This document shows, one piece after another, positions 39,993 through 52,350 of a stretch of DNA of 64,000 bases. A program made the position numbers and the translations under genes. This DNA comes from Camelus dromedarius. Its lineage: Eukaryota. How positions within the stretch are numbered: position 1 is the stretch's first letter; every line of letters starts with the position of its first letter. Under the pieces are notes generated by a model that made no database searches, was not told the origin of the DNA, and saw only the letters and a list, made by a program, of their open reading frames with translations. The DNA lies in contig NC_087444.1 in NCBI RefSeq assembly GCF_036321535.1, positions 24,988,001 through 25,052,000 on the forward strand, read 5' to 3'.

Positions 39993-40164
39993 AAATAAAA
40001 GCAGGAAACAGGAAAATACCCAGGGAGAAATAAGAATTTTGAGGTAGATTATAAACCTACCTTGACAACTTGAGGTCTCTTTAGCTAAACTCCCTCTCAG
40101 TATTTATTGGTTCAACACAGAGGTTTGTGCCCCTACTATATGTCAAGTGCTATGCAAGGTCCTT

Positions 40165-40268
40165 TTTTCTTTTCTTTCTTTTTTTTTTTAACGGAGGTAC
40201 CAGGGATTGAACCTAGGACCTCGTGCATGCTAAGCACGAGCTCTACCACTGAGTTATACCCCTCCCTC
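40165..40268 (-). mobile_element. tRNA-Ala-derived SINE (Vic-1-like), short-tail form
   Basis: Minus strand GAGGGAGGGGTATAACTCAGTGGTAGAG...CTTAGCATGCACGAGGTCCTAGGTTCAATCCC, A-rich tail; TSD caaggtcctt/caagatcctt (40155-40164, 40271-40280). Confidence 0.88.
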
Positions 40269-40664
40269 ATCAAGATCCTTGATTTACAATAATTTAAAAA
40301 GTCTCAAGATTTTTTTAGCTCATCTAGAGCTACCATTCAGAGCCATTAAATTAGCATCATGTAACTAATTATTAAACAAGGAAGGATATAGTAAGAAGAT
40401 TCCGTCTAGACTGTGGGTGAGGGATGCTCAGGGAAGGTCTCTCTGGGGGAGGCTGACAGGGGCAGAGGAGGGAAAGAGTCTGTATGGCACCTGCACCTTT
40501 GAGAAACTGTGCAGAACTCAGAGGGACTGAGCAGAACAAGAAAAGCAGCAAGAGTGACGTGGGCTGGGACAGGGGGGCGGGGCCAGGCCAGGCATGGCCT
40601 TGCAGACAGTGTTAAGCATTTTTGGCCTCTTTCCTGAGGTCAACTCAGCACCATTAAAACCCTC

Positions 40665-41820
40665 TCATGGAGTCACTCTGAAAAACAGTCTGACAGTTCC
40701 TCAAAAAGTTAAGCAGAGAGTTGTCATATGACCCAGCAAAGTCACTCCTAACCATCTACCCGAGAGAAATGAAACACAGGTCCACACAAAAACAGGGACC
40801 TGAATGTCCACAGCAGCATTATTCATGAGCCCAAAGGTGGAAATAACTCAAATGTCTATCCACAGTGAACGGAGAAACAAAATGTGGTCCATTGTGTAGA
40901 CCTATCCACACAACGGAACAAGATCCAGCCATAAGAAGGAATGAAGCCAGACAGAGGCTGCAACATGGGAAAACCTTGAAAACGGGGCTCTGAGTGAAAG
41001 ACGCCAGTCATAAAAGACCATGTGTTCTATGATTCCACTTATATGCAAGATCTATAGAGGCAGAAAGTAGATTGGTGTCTGTTTAGGGTTCAGGAGGGGA
41101 ACAGAGGGTGACTGCTCATGGGGACAGGGTGTCTTGCGAAGTGATGAAAATGTTCTAAAAGTGACTGTGGTGAAGGTTGTACAACTCTGTGAATACACTA
41201 AACACAATGAATTGTACACTTTAAATGAGGGAGTTGTATGGTGTTATGACTTAGTTAATTAACATTTGATATGTGGAACCCAGGGTGTCTGATGGTGAGC
41301 TGTGGTTCCATAATGGACCACGAGAGAAACTGAAATAGAGAAATTTATCACCCACAAGTCCTGGAGGAGGGCCCCATGGGGAGGTCCGGGCGGAAGGTGG
41401 ACAGAGAGCAAGAGGACCTGGGGCCCATGTCTTGACAAGGTAAAGTAAGTAAGTGGATGCAGCTCTTGGGCTAAGGCCGGACTAGCAAATTCAAACCAAA
41501 GAGCAGGGTTTTGGTAACTTCCCAGGGGTCTTACTTAAGATGTGAGCAAGGGGAAGGCCCCAGGAGTCAGGGGAGAATACTGGTTGCCTGGCCTGCTGGG
41601 GAAGTCATACCAGGACCTTACACGTGTCTCTGTAACTGTGTGACTCTGCCGGCTGCTATCCAGCGCACACGCCTGCATGAGGCGCTGGTATCAGCTCAAG
41701 GTCCCTGCGGCCCCTCGACAAACAAAACCAATGTGGAGACAACAGCCGATATGGACGCTTAGCTAAACTCTCAACATATGGTGTGGGAATTTCCGTCTCA
41801 ATAAAGCCATTAAAAAGAAA
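40665..41820 (+). mobile_element. L1MB/ME-like 3' fragment interrupted by an LTR
   Basis: cagttcctcaaaaagttaag...atatgacccagc...gatgaaaatgttctaaaa...tgtacactttaaatg; the tail ctcaataaagccattaaaaag resumes after 41781. Confidence 0.85.
41242..41776 (-). mobile_element. ERVL-class solo LTR (MER73/MER74/LTR53-like)
   Basis: TGTT...AACA termini with exact 5-bp TSD TATGG (41237-41241 and 41777-41781); family name from recall only. Confidence 0.78.
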
Positions 41821-43299
41821 ACTTCTTAGGGGTCAGGAAGTAGGGGATGGTGGTGAAGGAAAAACTCTGATTTGAATTTTAAGACAACATTCTGGAAGAT
41901 GTGGGGAGAATGGACTGAAAGGTACAAGAGGGGGCTGGACAGCCTCCCTGAGAATCTTTGGAAGGAGTCCAGGGGCAAGATGATGATCACTTGAGGATGG
42001 TAATGATGTCAGTTATGGAATAATGGTGAGGAGTTTATTCAGAACATTTAGAGAAGGGTAGGTTCTACTTAACTTGGTTTTTTGGCACCCAAGGTTGAGA
42101 GTAGGAGCTTCTGGTTTTAATCCTAGATCTGTCACAGCTCTAGCTGGTTTGGGGGCCCCCTAACCATCACCTCCATTCTCTCATCTGCAAAATGGCAATA
42201 GTAACACCTGACCCTCCTCCTTTCTGGGGCAAATCAGATAAATGTACGTAAGAGTATTTTTCAGTGTAGCGTGGTGTGTTCCATGTGGATGCCAGGGTTC
42301 AGGGAATTAAAACTGAAGGACAAAAACTCAATACCAACTAAACTAAACAAAGTATAATCTTTCTCTGAAAATTCAGGAAGCAGTTCCTAAACTCCCAAGG
42401 GGCTAGGAATCATTGTTATGAATATCAGTGTTTAATTATAAGCTGCAGGTACTGAGAAAGAAGGAGCGGGTCCTGACATCATAATGGCTGTAGTGTCACA
42501 GGCTGGATGAAGCTTTTAAAAAGAAATACATTAGCAAAAGAAGGTCTGGGATGCTGCCTCGTCTGGCAGGTTTTCTGACAGGCCCGGAGTTAATTCCTCC
42601 TCCTCGGATGCCCACAGCTGACTGCAGAGACCCGGGCATTGCTCACAAGCACACACTGCTTCGGCCCCCGTGGACCCTGAGCTATTAGAGTGAGACTGGT
42701 TGTGTATTCCCCTCGGCCTCCCCAGTTCTCACATATACTAGAATGCTCAGTGTTTGTTGGCTGAAGAAATGAAATCAATCCAACAATCAATGAACAAATG
42801 AACAATCATTGACCGATGAATGCACCAGAGGGCATCTGAGCTTGTCTTTTTGGGCAGACAGATGTGAGCAATACACCCCAAATCGAGCCATCCATTTCTG
42901 TCTTCCGGCTGCTCCGTCTCCACTGAAGCAGAGGTCTCATCGCAGGACGCCCGGGTCACCCCCCTCATCACTCCCGTCACCTCCGAGCGCGGCCAGCGCT
43001 GTCTCCACTTTGCTGAAGTGCTGCTCCAGGGAGACACTGGCCCGCAAATGTCACAGGCTCTAATCTCATCTCCAATCTCATCAACAGACATAATGTGTCT
43101 GTAGCTGGAGGCCGTGGTTTCACTCCTCAGGTGTCCCAGAGCCTCTCAGTTATCCTAGGCTCTGGGCCCTTTATTTTCCTAAGGCCAGTTAGCCTTTTCC
43201 ACCAAGTGAGTTTCCAGTCTACAACCAGCCATGCTGAATGTCCTGCGTTCGCCAATGGCCTCACGTAACTGACCCAGAGCACCTAACCCGGGCTCCCAC

Positions 43300-43620
43300 C
43301 AGCTGGTGACCCGTGGGTTAGTCCTTACAGTATTTAGAAAACTTGTTTGCCAACATCTTAAAGCGAGAGTGTTGAAATGAGATTCCAGATTCCCAGATTT
43401 TCCAGCAAAAAAAAAAAAATTAAAGAAGATATTACTGCCTGGTGGCTGTCATTTCTACAGGTAACCTGCTAAGATGGCAGTGAACTCTCATTTGAACAGT
43501 TCTGTATTTCCCCCTGGTGCTCATAACTCCCTGTTTTTTCCCCAAAACTAAGGCTGCTTGAGATTTTCTTTTTATTTCCACGCTTGTCTTGCGGTTTTCT
43601 TAGACCTGCATTCATTTGCA
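43300..43620. mobile_element. MER102-like hAT-Charlie element
   Basis: tttgccaacatcttaaa...gattccagattcccagattttccagc...aagaagatatt. Confidence 0.45.
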
Positions 43621-46600
43621 ATAACTTCCTAAGTCACGGGTTTGGGTATTTGTGCTCCTAACACCCGTGACAGCGGGTTTCAGGCCAACCCTCACTTCCT
43701 TTCCACTCCAAAGTTAGGAAATCTTTCTATTGTTTGAGTTCAAAGCGGTACTTGTCATCTCCTTTTCTACTACCTTAGCATTTGGCAAGAAAAATAGATG
43801 CGTAGCTGCTAGCGGTCAACACTGATTTAAATAATCCCATCGTCTCTGAATGATGTGTGACGCGCTTGCAAACTGATCAGTTTGCTGTGCTACTCATTAA
43901 TTTTGTGCAATTCCACATTGCCAAGAGCTTTCCAGCCAAGTCTGTCAAGAAAGTGGTGCAAGAGAAAATCAACTTTAGAAAGGTAATTGTAGGTGAGCTG
44001 ATCTAAATTAGCATATTAATAATGGACAATTGTTCCGCAAGGGGACTGATGCCTGTTTTCACAACTTCAGGCTGAGCCCTTTACAAACTAGTTTTCAAAG
44101 CCATAAGGGAAGACAGCAGCAGCGCCCCTTCGTTTCAGGCTCCTTCTATTTGTAGATCGCGCACTCTGTCAATGAACCCTATGGAATGTTTCATTAGCTC
44201 TCAGTTCTCGTTAAAGATTACCTGGTGGCATCATATGACTTATGTTTTCTTTACTAGATTTTTCATAACTTCGACTTTCTAAAGACTTCAAAATCAGACT
44301 AAGATATTGGCCTTGGGATATCTTCTATAACAGTTCCTAAACCCTTGTATCCCTAAATCAGTTCAGTAACTTCCAACTTTTACAACCCAAGCTGAAGATC
44401 CAGTGGCCTCCGATTTGGGGCTGACTGCTTGCCTGGCAAGGACAGGTTTTTATTCTCATTCCTCACACTTGGTCCACACCCTCTAATCTGTGACTGGAAC
44501 TAACGTGTAGAACATCTCAAGAGTAGCTGGAATTCTTACTTTTTTGGTTTCCAGTGCTGATTATCGAAAAACACAGCTTTAGAATATTTAATGAGGAAAA
44601 AAAGAAATCACCTCTCATGGAAATAATTTTTTTTTATGTTATTTGTTCGAATTGAGATGAATAGGAAAATACCCTCACAGGTGATAAACATTTTAAAATT
44701 ATTACCTGATTTCTGCCGTTTGTTCTGACCTATTTGTTTTACTACTAAATCAGACAGTGGCTTCATCCTACATGCAGATTACCACACGCTAGCAGTGTGT
44801 GGGTCTCAAAGTTTACACTTTCCCCAAATGAATCTTGGATGAAAAGATTTCTTGGACTGATTCCTAAGAAGAACATATAGCCCGAGATGGCCGAGTCCAA
44901 TCCATGTATGACCTCTTGTTCCACGTGCAGTGGTCCCCAAAGCCTGGTTCCCATGTCTGTCCCCTCCTGCTGGCATTAGTCACTTCATTTAGAGTTTTTG
45001 AAGGTTTTGAATGAGCAGGTGGAGAACTGTAAACAGTGATCCATTCAATTATCCCCTAAATTTTAACCTTGACCTGGTCACTAACTTAGAGCCTTTTAAA
45101 ACTTTCCTGTCCTTTCATTCTTAAATCCATCAACAACTTCTTTCTTGTCATCTGTCTTCTCCCTTACTGGGCATATTTTTTGGCTTCTCCCGTTTCTGTT
45201 ACAGTTTTGCACATATGACATGATGTTTTATGAAACCTGCTTCACTCCTTTATCACTTGTTTTGTTTAGTAATTTAAATCTTGTTCTCCCTGTTCTTAAT
45301 GAAAAATATGGATGAGTGCAATATTTTATATTTCACTCTCCAGGAAGTAAATTGTGAAGGAATGATTTACTATTCTCTGATACTCAATCTGCTCTATTAT
45401 TCACACCCCCAGGAACAAGAGAGGATGCTCACATTGGGATAAGAGGAACAAGCTCACGGGAAATAGATCCATCTACTTCCCATCCATGGTTTTGATGCCT
45501 TCTAGGGGTCTGCTTTACTAAGAGTAAAACTAGGCAATGAACAGGGGGAGTGTCTGAAAATCCTAGGAGTCAAGCCCTTGACCCCCAAACACACTAAGAT
45601 TTTTTAAAACGAACAGCAGTTATCATGTTAGTAGGTAAACATGTGCATCAAAATAAAACATAGCCCTCCCAACTGTCATCAAATGAGGGATGAAACTAGG
45701 CAAGGAAGGAGTGTGACTTTGTAGGATGCCTGCCTGGAGAGCTCTCATCTGTCCTGCAAACCATGCCTGGTCACCGCTCTCTCTCCAAAGTCTGCCCAGT
45801 ACTCTGCCTTCACACAGTTCTGTATATACCTTAATGAGTAAAGACTGAATAATGATTTTTGGTTTTGTTTTTTTCTGTTTGTCTCTGGGGACCCTTCAGA
45901 GGTAGGGACAAGGTCTTACCTATTTCCGATTTTTTAGTACTCAGCACAGGTCTGGAGCAATCCTTTGGACTGGCCCAAATGTGCCCATAAGATGCCTGCA
46001 GTGACTTTAAGACGGAGGTGGCGCCACTGTCTGGGCCCTGACAGAAAATTGCTCATATTGGAGATGCCTGGCCATTTGCTCCTGGCAGAAGGTGATCCCA
46101 AGGTTCAGAAGGACAACACCAGAACTCACCAAGCAAACCTCTGCTTTGATTTGCATGAAGCCACACAGGGAGGGTGCCTCATGCAGCAGACTCATTGAGA
46201 TTGGTAACTGCCTCTCAGCAGGAGTCAGGGAGCCACACGGAGATTACCGAGCTTGCTCTTAGGGTGTCCTAGAGGTCGAGTTAGAGCCACCAAGTGAAAG
46301 TAGTCACTTGTGTTAAACAGAAAGAACCAGAATGACTCACTTGGGATCCCTCTTTCAAATCAAACTTCAAAATTTCTCATTGTCTAAACTCCGTGTGAGT
46401 CCCTAGCTTACTGCCTTTAGAGGATGAGAGTTAGATAAGTCAGTTTTAACAGCAGAAATGACTTTAATCAACAGTTGAAGGGCAGACAGCCTCAAATGCT
46501 AAAGTTCACCAAAGGGATATACGAAATGAGGTGATCTGATTTAAAGCTTAAAAAAAAGGGAGAGGCTAGATTGATGTCCCCAGACAACTCACATCCAAGA

Positions 46601-47213
46601 AAACGCGGTAAGAGCATCCTCACTGGAAATGAACCCCACTTCATCTTGTCTTTTTCAACAACTGTAGCAGTGGTGGCAGCTGAAGTTTATTAAATACTGT
46701 GTATGTTTCAGACACTGAATTATTGTCAACACTATTGTCTTTTCAATACCTCCAGTTACTCTATGGGATAGGTACCATATTACGCCCATTACACAGAGAG
46801 GAAACTGAGGCTGACTGCAGCTGCTTCCAGTGACCTCTCCCTTGGCTAAACTCCAGATCCAAATAGAGGCAGTGTAGACCACTTAGGAAGAGGCTAGGAC
46901 AAAAGCCTGAGTTCCAGTCCCAGCCATGTTGCTTATTAGCCAGGTGACCTTGAACAAATTACTCAGTCTTTTCTGGGCCTCAGTTTCCTCATCTGTGAAT
47001 GGGAGCACTGCTGCAGCAGACAGGATTATTTGTGGCTCTTGGCCGGCTCTCACTGCCATGTACCTCCAGGAAAGCTGGAAGAGTACACAGCCTGACCCCA
47101 GTGACTTTGGAGTTGGCCATGTAATTTGCCTTGGTGAATGAAATTCAAGCAGCTATGACATAAGCAAAGGCTTTAAATGTGTTCACGTGGGTTGACTTGG
47201 CTGTGTGTTATGA

Positions 47214-47434
47214 CAGGGTTTCTCAACCTAAGCATGATAGACATTTGGGGATGGATATTGGGGATATGTGGTGGGGGACCATCCTGAGCACAGTGGGAAG
47301 TCTAGCAGCATCCTTGGTCTCTACCCATTAGGTGCCAGTAGTCACCCTCTCCTCCCAGTTGTGAAAACCAAATGTCCCCATGCATTGCCAAATGATGCCT
47401 GGAAAGCAAAATCACCCCTGATTGAGATCCACTC
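47214..47434. mobile_element. MER20 inserted in an MLT1 LTR (~47040-47635)
   Basis: cagggtttctcaacctaagcatgatagacatttgg...ctacccattaggtgccagtag...aaaatcacccctgattgagatccact. Confidence 0.85.
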
Positions 47435-48320
47435 TATTATGTTCTCACAGCTGGGTAACCACTTGCTCAAGGAGAAAGAGGAAGCACATGGGACTTACTG
47501 GAATCCAAACCAAACTGGAGCTCAGCCTATCTCATATGAACCTCAGCTGACCAACAGACACGTGGACAAAAAACTTAAACATGTATTGCTGCAAACCACT
47601 GTGATTTTGTTTTGCAGTAAAAACTCCAACTAACAGTCTAGTTACATGAACAAAATCAAATATTTGATAGAATTCCATGCAGAGTGCCCGAGTGCAATGA
47701 GGGCATGGACTGCAGACATTATTAATATTATTAGACTCCATTCGGAATGTCACATTTAGTAATGAGTTAGCTTGTGATGGATCTCCTCTCTTCTGCGGAG
47801 CTGTCCCCCTAAAGCCTGTTCAGCAGCCCCCACTCCTCTGCTCCATGAACCGCATTCCCTAGGACATCTATGGCTGCACCCAGCTACCCTACACCTGCCG
47901 CACACCCGCTGCTGGAGCCAGTACTCATAGTCAGGCGGATTCCCTCTGGCTTCAGACAGTAGCCTTGTCTGTCTTTGGCATCATTCCGCTTTTCTCCCAG
48001 TTTATGATGAATTGAAAATCCAGAGCCTTGATACAGATGAAATAGTTTCAACTAGATCCCCACTGAACTTGGTCAGCATACCAATTTCCATGGTAATTAT
48101 TTGGTGTTTGTATGTATGTTTTAATATATGACTTCCAAATATTAACCTCTCACAAGGGCAAAGACTGTTTTGTGTCTGTTCTATATGCAGCCAGAACCTA
48201 CCACAGTTCTGGCACGGAATCCTGGCTGACTGGATGGATGAATGAGCAAATAAGCCGAAAGAACACACACCCAAGCATAACAAGCACCCTAATAATTTAG
48301 AGCTAAATTGATGGCCACCT

Positions 48321-48516
48321 GATATATGTAAAATAGATAAACAACAGGTTTATACTGTATGGCACCGGGAACCATGTTCTATATCTTGTGGTAACTTATG
48401 GTGAAAAGGAATATGAAACGAATATATGTATGTTCCTGTATGACTGAAGCATTGTGCTGTACACCAGAAATTGACACAACATTGTAAACTGATTATACTG
48501 CAATAAATATATATAT
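48321..48516 (+). mobile_element. Short L1 3' UTR fragment related to the 31.8-32.0 kb L1 tail
   Basis: Shares gtatgttc..tg.tgactgaa...tgtgct.tacac..gaa.ttgacacaacattgtaaa with 31910-31975; degenerate TSD aaattgatggccacct/aagttgacagtcacct. Confidence 0.85.
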
Positions 48517-51500
48517 AAGTTGACAGTCACCTAAGAACCTTGTTTACAACCATAAGATTTAAATGGGTTACCCAGACTAAATGTCACTAGGTAACATGAA
48601 AAGAAACACTCCAAGATAAGAAGACAATTGAGAAAAGGATAAAAGTTTTCCTAAAGCTTAGGTTGTTTTCTTTTTTTTCCCTTAAATCCAGAGTTGGTGA
48701 TCTATTCAGTGATTCTTTTATTTCCCTCAAAAGAAACTGCCACAAAGCATCAATGGTGAAGTACACGTCTATAGGTTCTACATAGGATTATGAAGTCAGA
48801 CAACATCTGTCACTATGGAGTCACTCAGGAAGAAGAAGCAGTGATGTCAGAGGAATACCTAGCACACAGAGTGGGGCTGGAGGTGAGGTTTCACTATGCA
48901 CAACTTTAGCTCCAAGGTTCTGTGCTATTGTTCCAGATTTGCTTCTTTGCCCCCTGCACGAGCTAGCTATGACATCAAAGTGTAGTGTAATTAATTCACC
49001 TTCAGATCAGTAAATCCCACACGTATGTAGTTCTCAGCCCTGTGGACCTCACTTTGCTAAAAGACCTAAGGGCCTGCCTTGGATTCAGTAGAGGTGCTGA
49101 TAAGATGCCCTCTCACCTTACCTGGGCTCCCACGTAAGAATCTAGGGTGAGTGATGGTCACAATTATCATAAGCATCAGACGTGGAAAGGCTGCCTCTGT
49201 GGTGGACATGTCCCTGTGTTCTGGAACTCTGTTACTCCTCAGCACCATTCTGTAACATTGCAGGAGTGCCCACTTGGTGGCTGAGGGTAAGTGCCTTGCC
49301 TGAAGACAAACCAGCTGGAGACAGGATTCAAACTACCACGTCCTTTCTAGGATATACCACACTGCCCAGATCAGGGGCTGAAGATGAGAAGGAAAGTGCC
49401 CCCAAACCCACAGGAACCATCAGCTAAAATGGAATATATTATGAGAGAGCTGTGCACAGACCCCATTTCTGGTACATGGCCCCAAGGCTCTTAGAGTGAG
49501 GCTGTGTCACACAAGGTTTGGGATGCAAAGTCAACACGTGAAATGAAGACCACAGCAAAACTTACTCCTGAAATCAGCAAGTTCACCCAGGAAGTACAGT
49601 GCAGCATCATCTCTCAATAAGTCCAACACAGCCATTTTTCTCTATTGTCGGAACAGATGGCTGACCTTCAGCTGAGCCCCAGGTGAAGCTGTGGGCTTAT
49701 CTCTACAGGGTGTAGATGAACAAAACACACCAGATCTTAGATGCTGAACTCACACGCAGCTCCAAGGCGCTCTCACTCTGAGACTGGAACAGTTGTTTGG
49801 GCTGCTCCTCCGCTCACAAGGGGAGGAACCATCCACACGACTGAAATGGTTCTCTCTCTCTCTCCCCCCATTTTTCCAAGCAAAATACATGTCTTTGCAT
49901 AAACTCCGTGCACATATGACGTAACTACACCCTAGTGCTTTGGGGAGCTTGGATATTCTGCCTGTAATGAAGGGTAGGTGTCTGTTGGCCACATATTGTT
50001 AGGAAGGGCCACGTATAGGTGAAGGGTGTCTGTGGTATTATCTACCCACTTAGAGGCAGCTGTGTGATTCGAGCAAATGGAAATTGCTTTAATGCCCTGG
50101 GCAATTGAACACACTGACATGCATCCTCCAGGGATGTTATGCCCATAACAGTGCATAGTGATCATATTTCACAAATCAGCCTGGCTCCCTAAACCCAAGA
50201 GAGGCCCCTGTCCTTGAAGCCAGCCAATCTAATTTTACATGTCACCCCAGCTCTCCTGGTTCAGAAGATTACTTGTCTTATTAATCATCAGTATTGTTTC
50301 TAATACCAAATCATTTTGCTATTTCATTTGTGCATTTCTCTAATAAGCTGTTCCCATTAAGACACATTGAAAAGAACAAAAGTATTCACATTTTTGTGAC
50401 CCATTACCCCAGTTGGGAAGATAATTGGTTAAAAAAGAAGAAGAACACAGAAAACATAGCTTATCAGTTTCCCAAAGTGTGGTGGGGGGCGGTGGACAAA
50501 AGTTTATTAAAAATAAATAATACTAGACATAACATGCATAGCTCATTACACCCGGGCATATTTTTGATTAGGGCAACGCCAGACAACAACTCTTCAAATG
50601 AGATCTGACAGCAGGTAAATTACACCGTGGAAGGGTTTAAGTTGATCTACAGAACAACAATGTCTTGATCATAAGTAGGATTTGTGTGCTGGAAAATATA
50701 CTCCATCATTAATGCAACAGACAAATGAACTGAAAAACATCATATTGCACCATAGTTTTAAGCAGCTTACCTTAGCAATGTAATATGGGGAGTAAGTCGT
50801 GCATAAAACCCTGTAAAAGCTCATTAAGTCAGGATCAGTTTACACAAAACAGCACATATTTCAAATAACTGCTCTTTCTTAGCCAATTCCAGATTCTATT
50901 GTTGAACAACAGCAACTAAAATAATGGAAGATAAAGCAATTATAATTCATTATAAGTTGTGTCCCTCTAAAACTCACTTTTTAAGCTGGTGATGCCAAGG
51001 ACTTCAAATATTTCATGCTGGTGAAAATCCTTGGCAGTCATCTGCTCAGCCCACCCAACATTCTAAACCAGCATTTCCGCTAAAAATTTCCCATGGCCTG
51101 AGGCTCTTCAACTACAGGCTGAGAACTTCTGAAAATGACTCACTCTTTTCTGAGGAGTCTTACTGCTTTATTGGGTTATGAGTATGGAGCCACCTTACCG
51201 AAAAGATAGCTGTTAGCTTTCTGGCCAGCTGAAAGATTAGTGGCAGTATGCAGACGAAGGATGCTATGGGACACTGGGTGGTGTGGAGAGAAGGTTGCAT
51301 ATATCAAGTTGGTTATCAATATCTACATTTGTCGCATCCACAATTTCAAAGATAATTGCACGCAAAGATTTCAAGTCACCAACACATCTGTCAAAATACC
51401 AATAGCTCTGAGATCTGCCAGTCCTTCAAAGACTCTCCTTTAAAAAAAAAAAAAAAAGACCTATTTATTCAGTTCTCAACTATACAAAAGTACATGGCCC

Positions 51501-51899
51501 AGGTGAGATATTTACAAGTGTTTAAAATAGAGTGTAGACCCATGACCAGGTTCTGGGGCTTCACTTGTTATTTGCATCCCCAACGTCAATCCTTCCTACT
51601 CTAGGCCCAGGTGGGTGGGTGCTGACTTTCCACGCATTTTGAGAACCTGCATCTCATGTGATCCCCCTGTGATTTGGGAGATGTGTTGGGATAACTTGCA
51701 CTTTACAGCAGGCTCTGGCGTGATGCACACTGAAACCAAGGTAACACAACTAGAGGTGCCAGGCTGGGATATGAGTGCAGGTTTTCTGAGCTGAACTCCT
51801 GGCTTTTGTCACACCCACAAGCTGCTACCTTTACCGCTGCCAAGTTTTGCATGCAGATTTGCAGTTTAGGTTTGGAAGCAGCAGATAAGAAATTAAGGT

Positions 51900-52350
51900 T
51901 TTTAGTTTTTTTTTTCATGATGTGGTGTGGGAGATATGTGCAAGTTTTGACTTTCTCATCCTGACCCCCTTCTCTAAGTAACAGTGCCCTGCTGATCCCT
52001 GGGCCATTAACTCTCTCCCTTCCCCATGGTTCTGGTGGGACTGTTAATCACAATGTTATTTCCTCTAGTTCTGCCCAAGAGAGGCAGGCTCATGTCCCAA
52101 CCTAAGCCAATCAGAAGCTCTCTCCCAAGAACCGTGATACAAAGGGTGCAAAGATGGAAGGTGGGTGGAGAGGATTTATTCCACTGGTTCTGCTTCAGCT
52201 TCAAGAGTTTCTGGCTGGAATCCCCAGAACTGAGCCCATTCCTGTTCAGCTGTCAGATTTTAAATGTGTAGAATATGGCCAGCATTCATCCAATGAACCT
52301 CTTATGGCTTAAGCTGGCCAGTGTTTTTCTTTCGATCACAGAACCCTGAG
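51900..52350 (+). mobile_element. Old MLT1 LTR
   Basis: ggctcatgtcccaacctaagccaatcagaag...cctcttatggcttaagctggccagtgtttttctttcgatcacagaaccctga. Confidence 0.5.
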
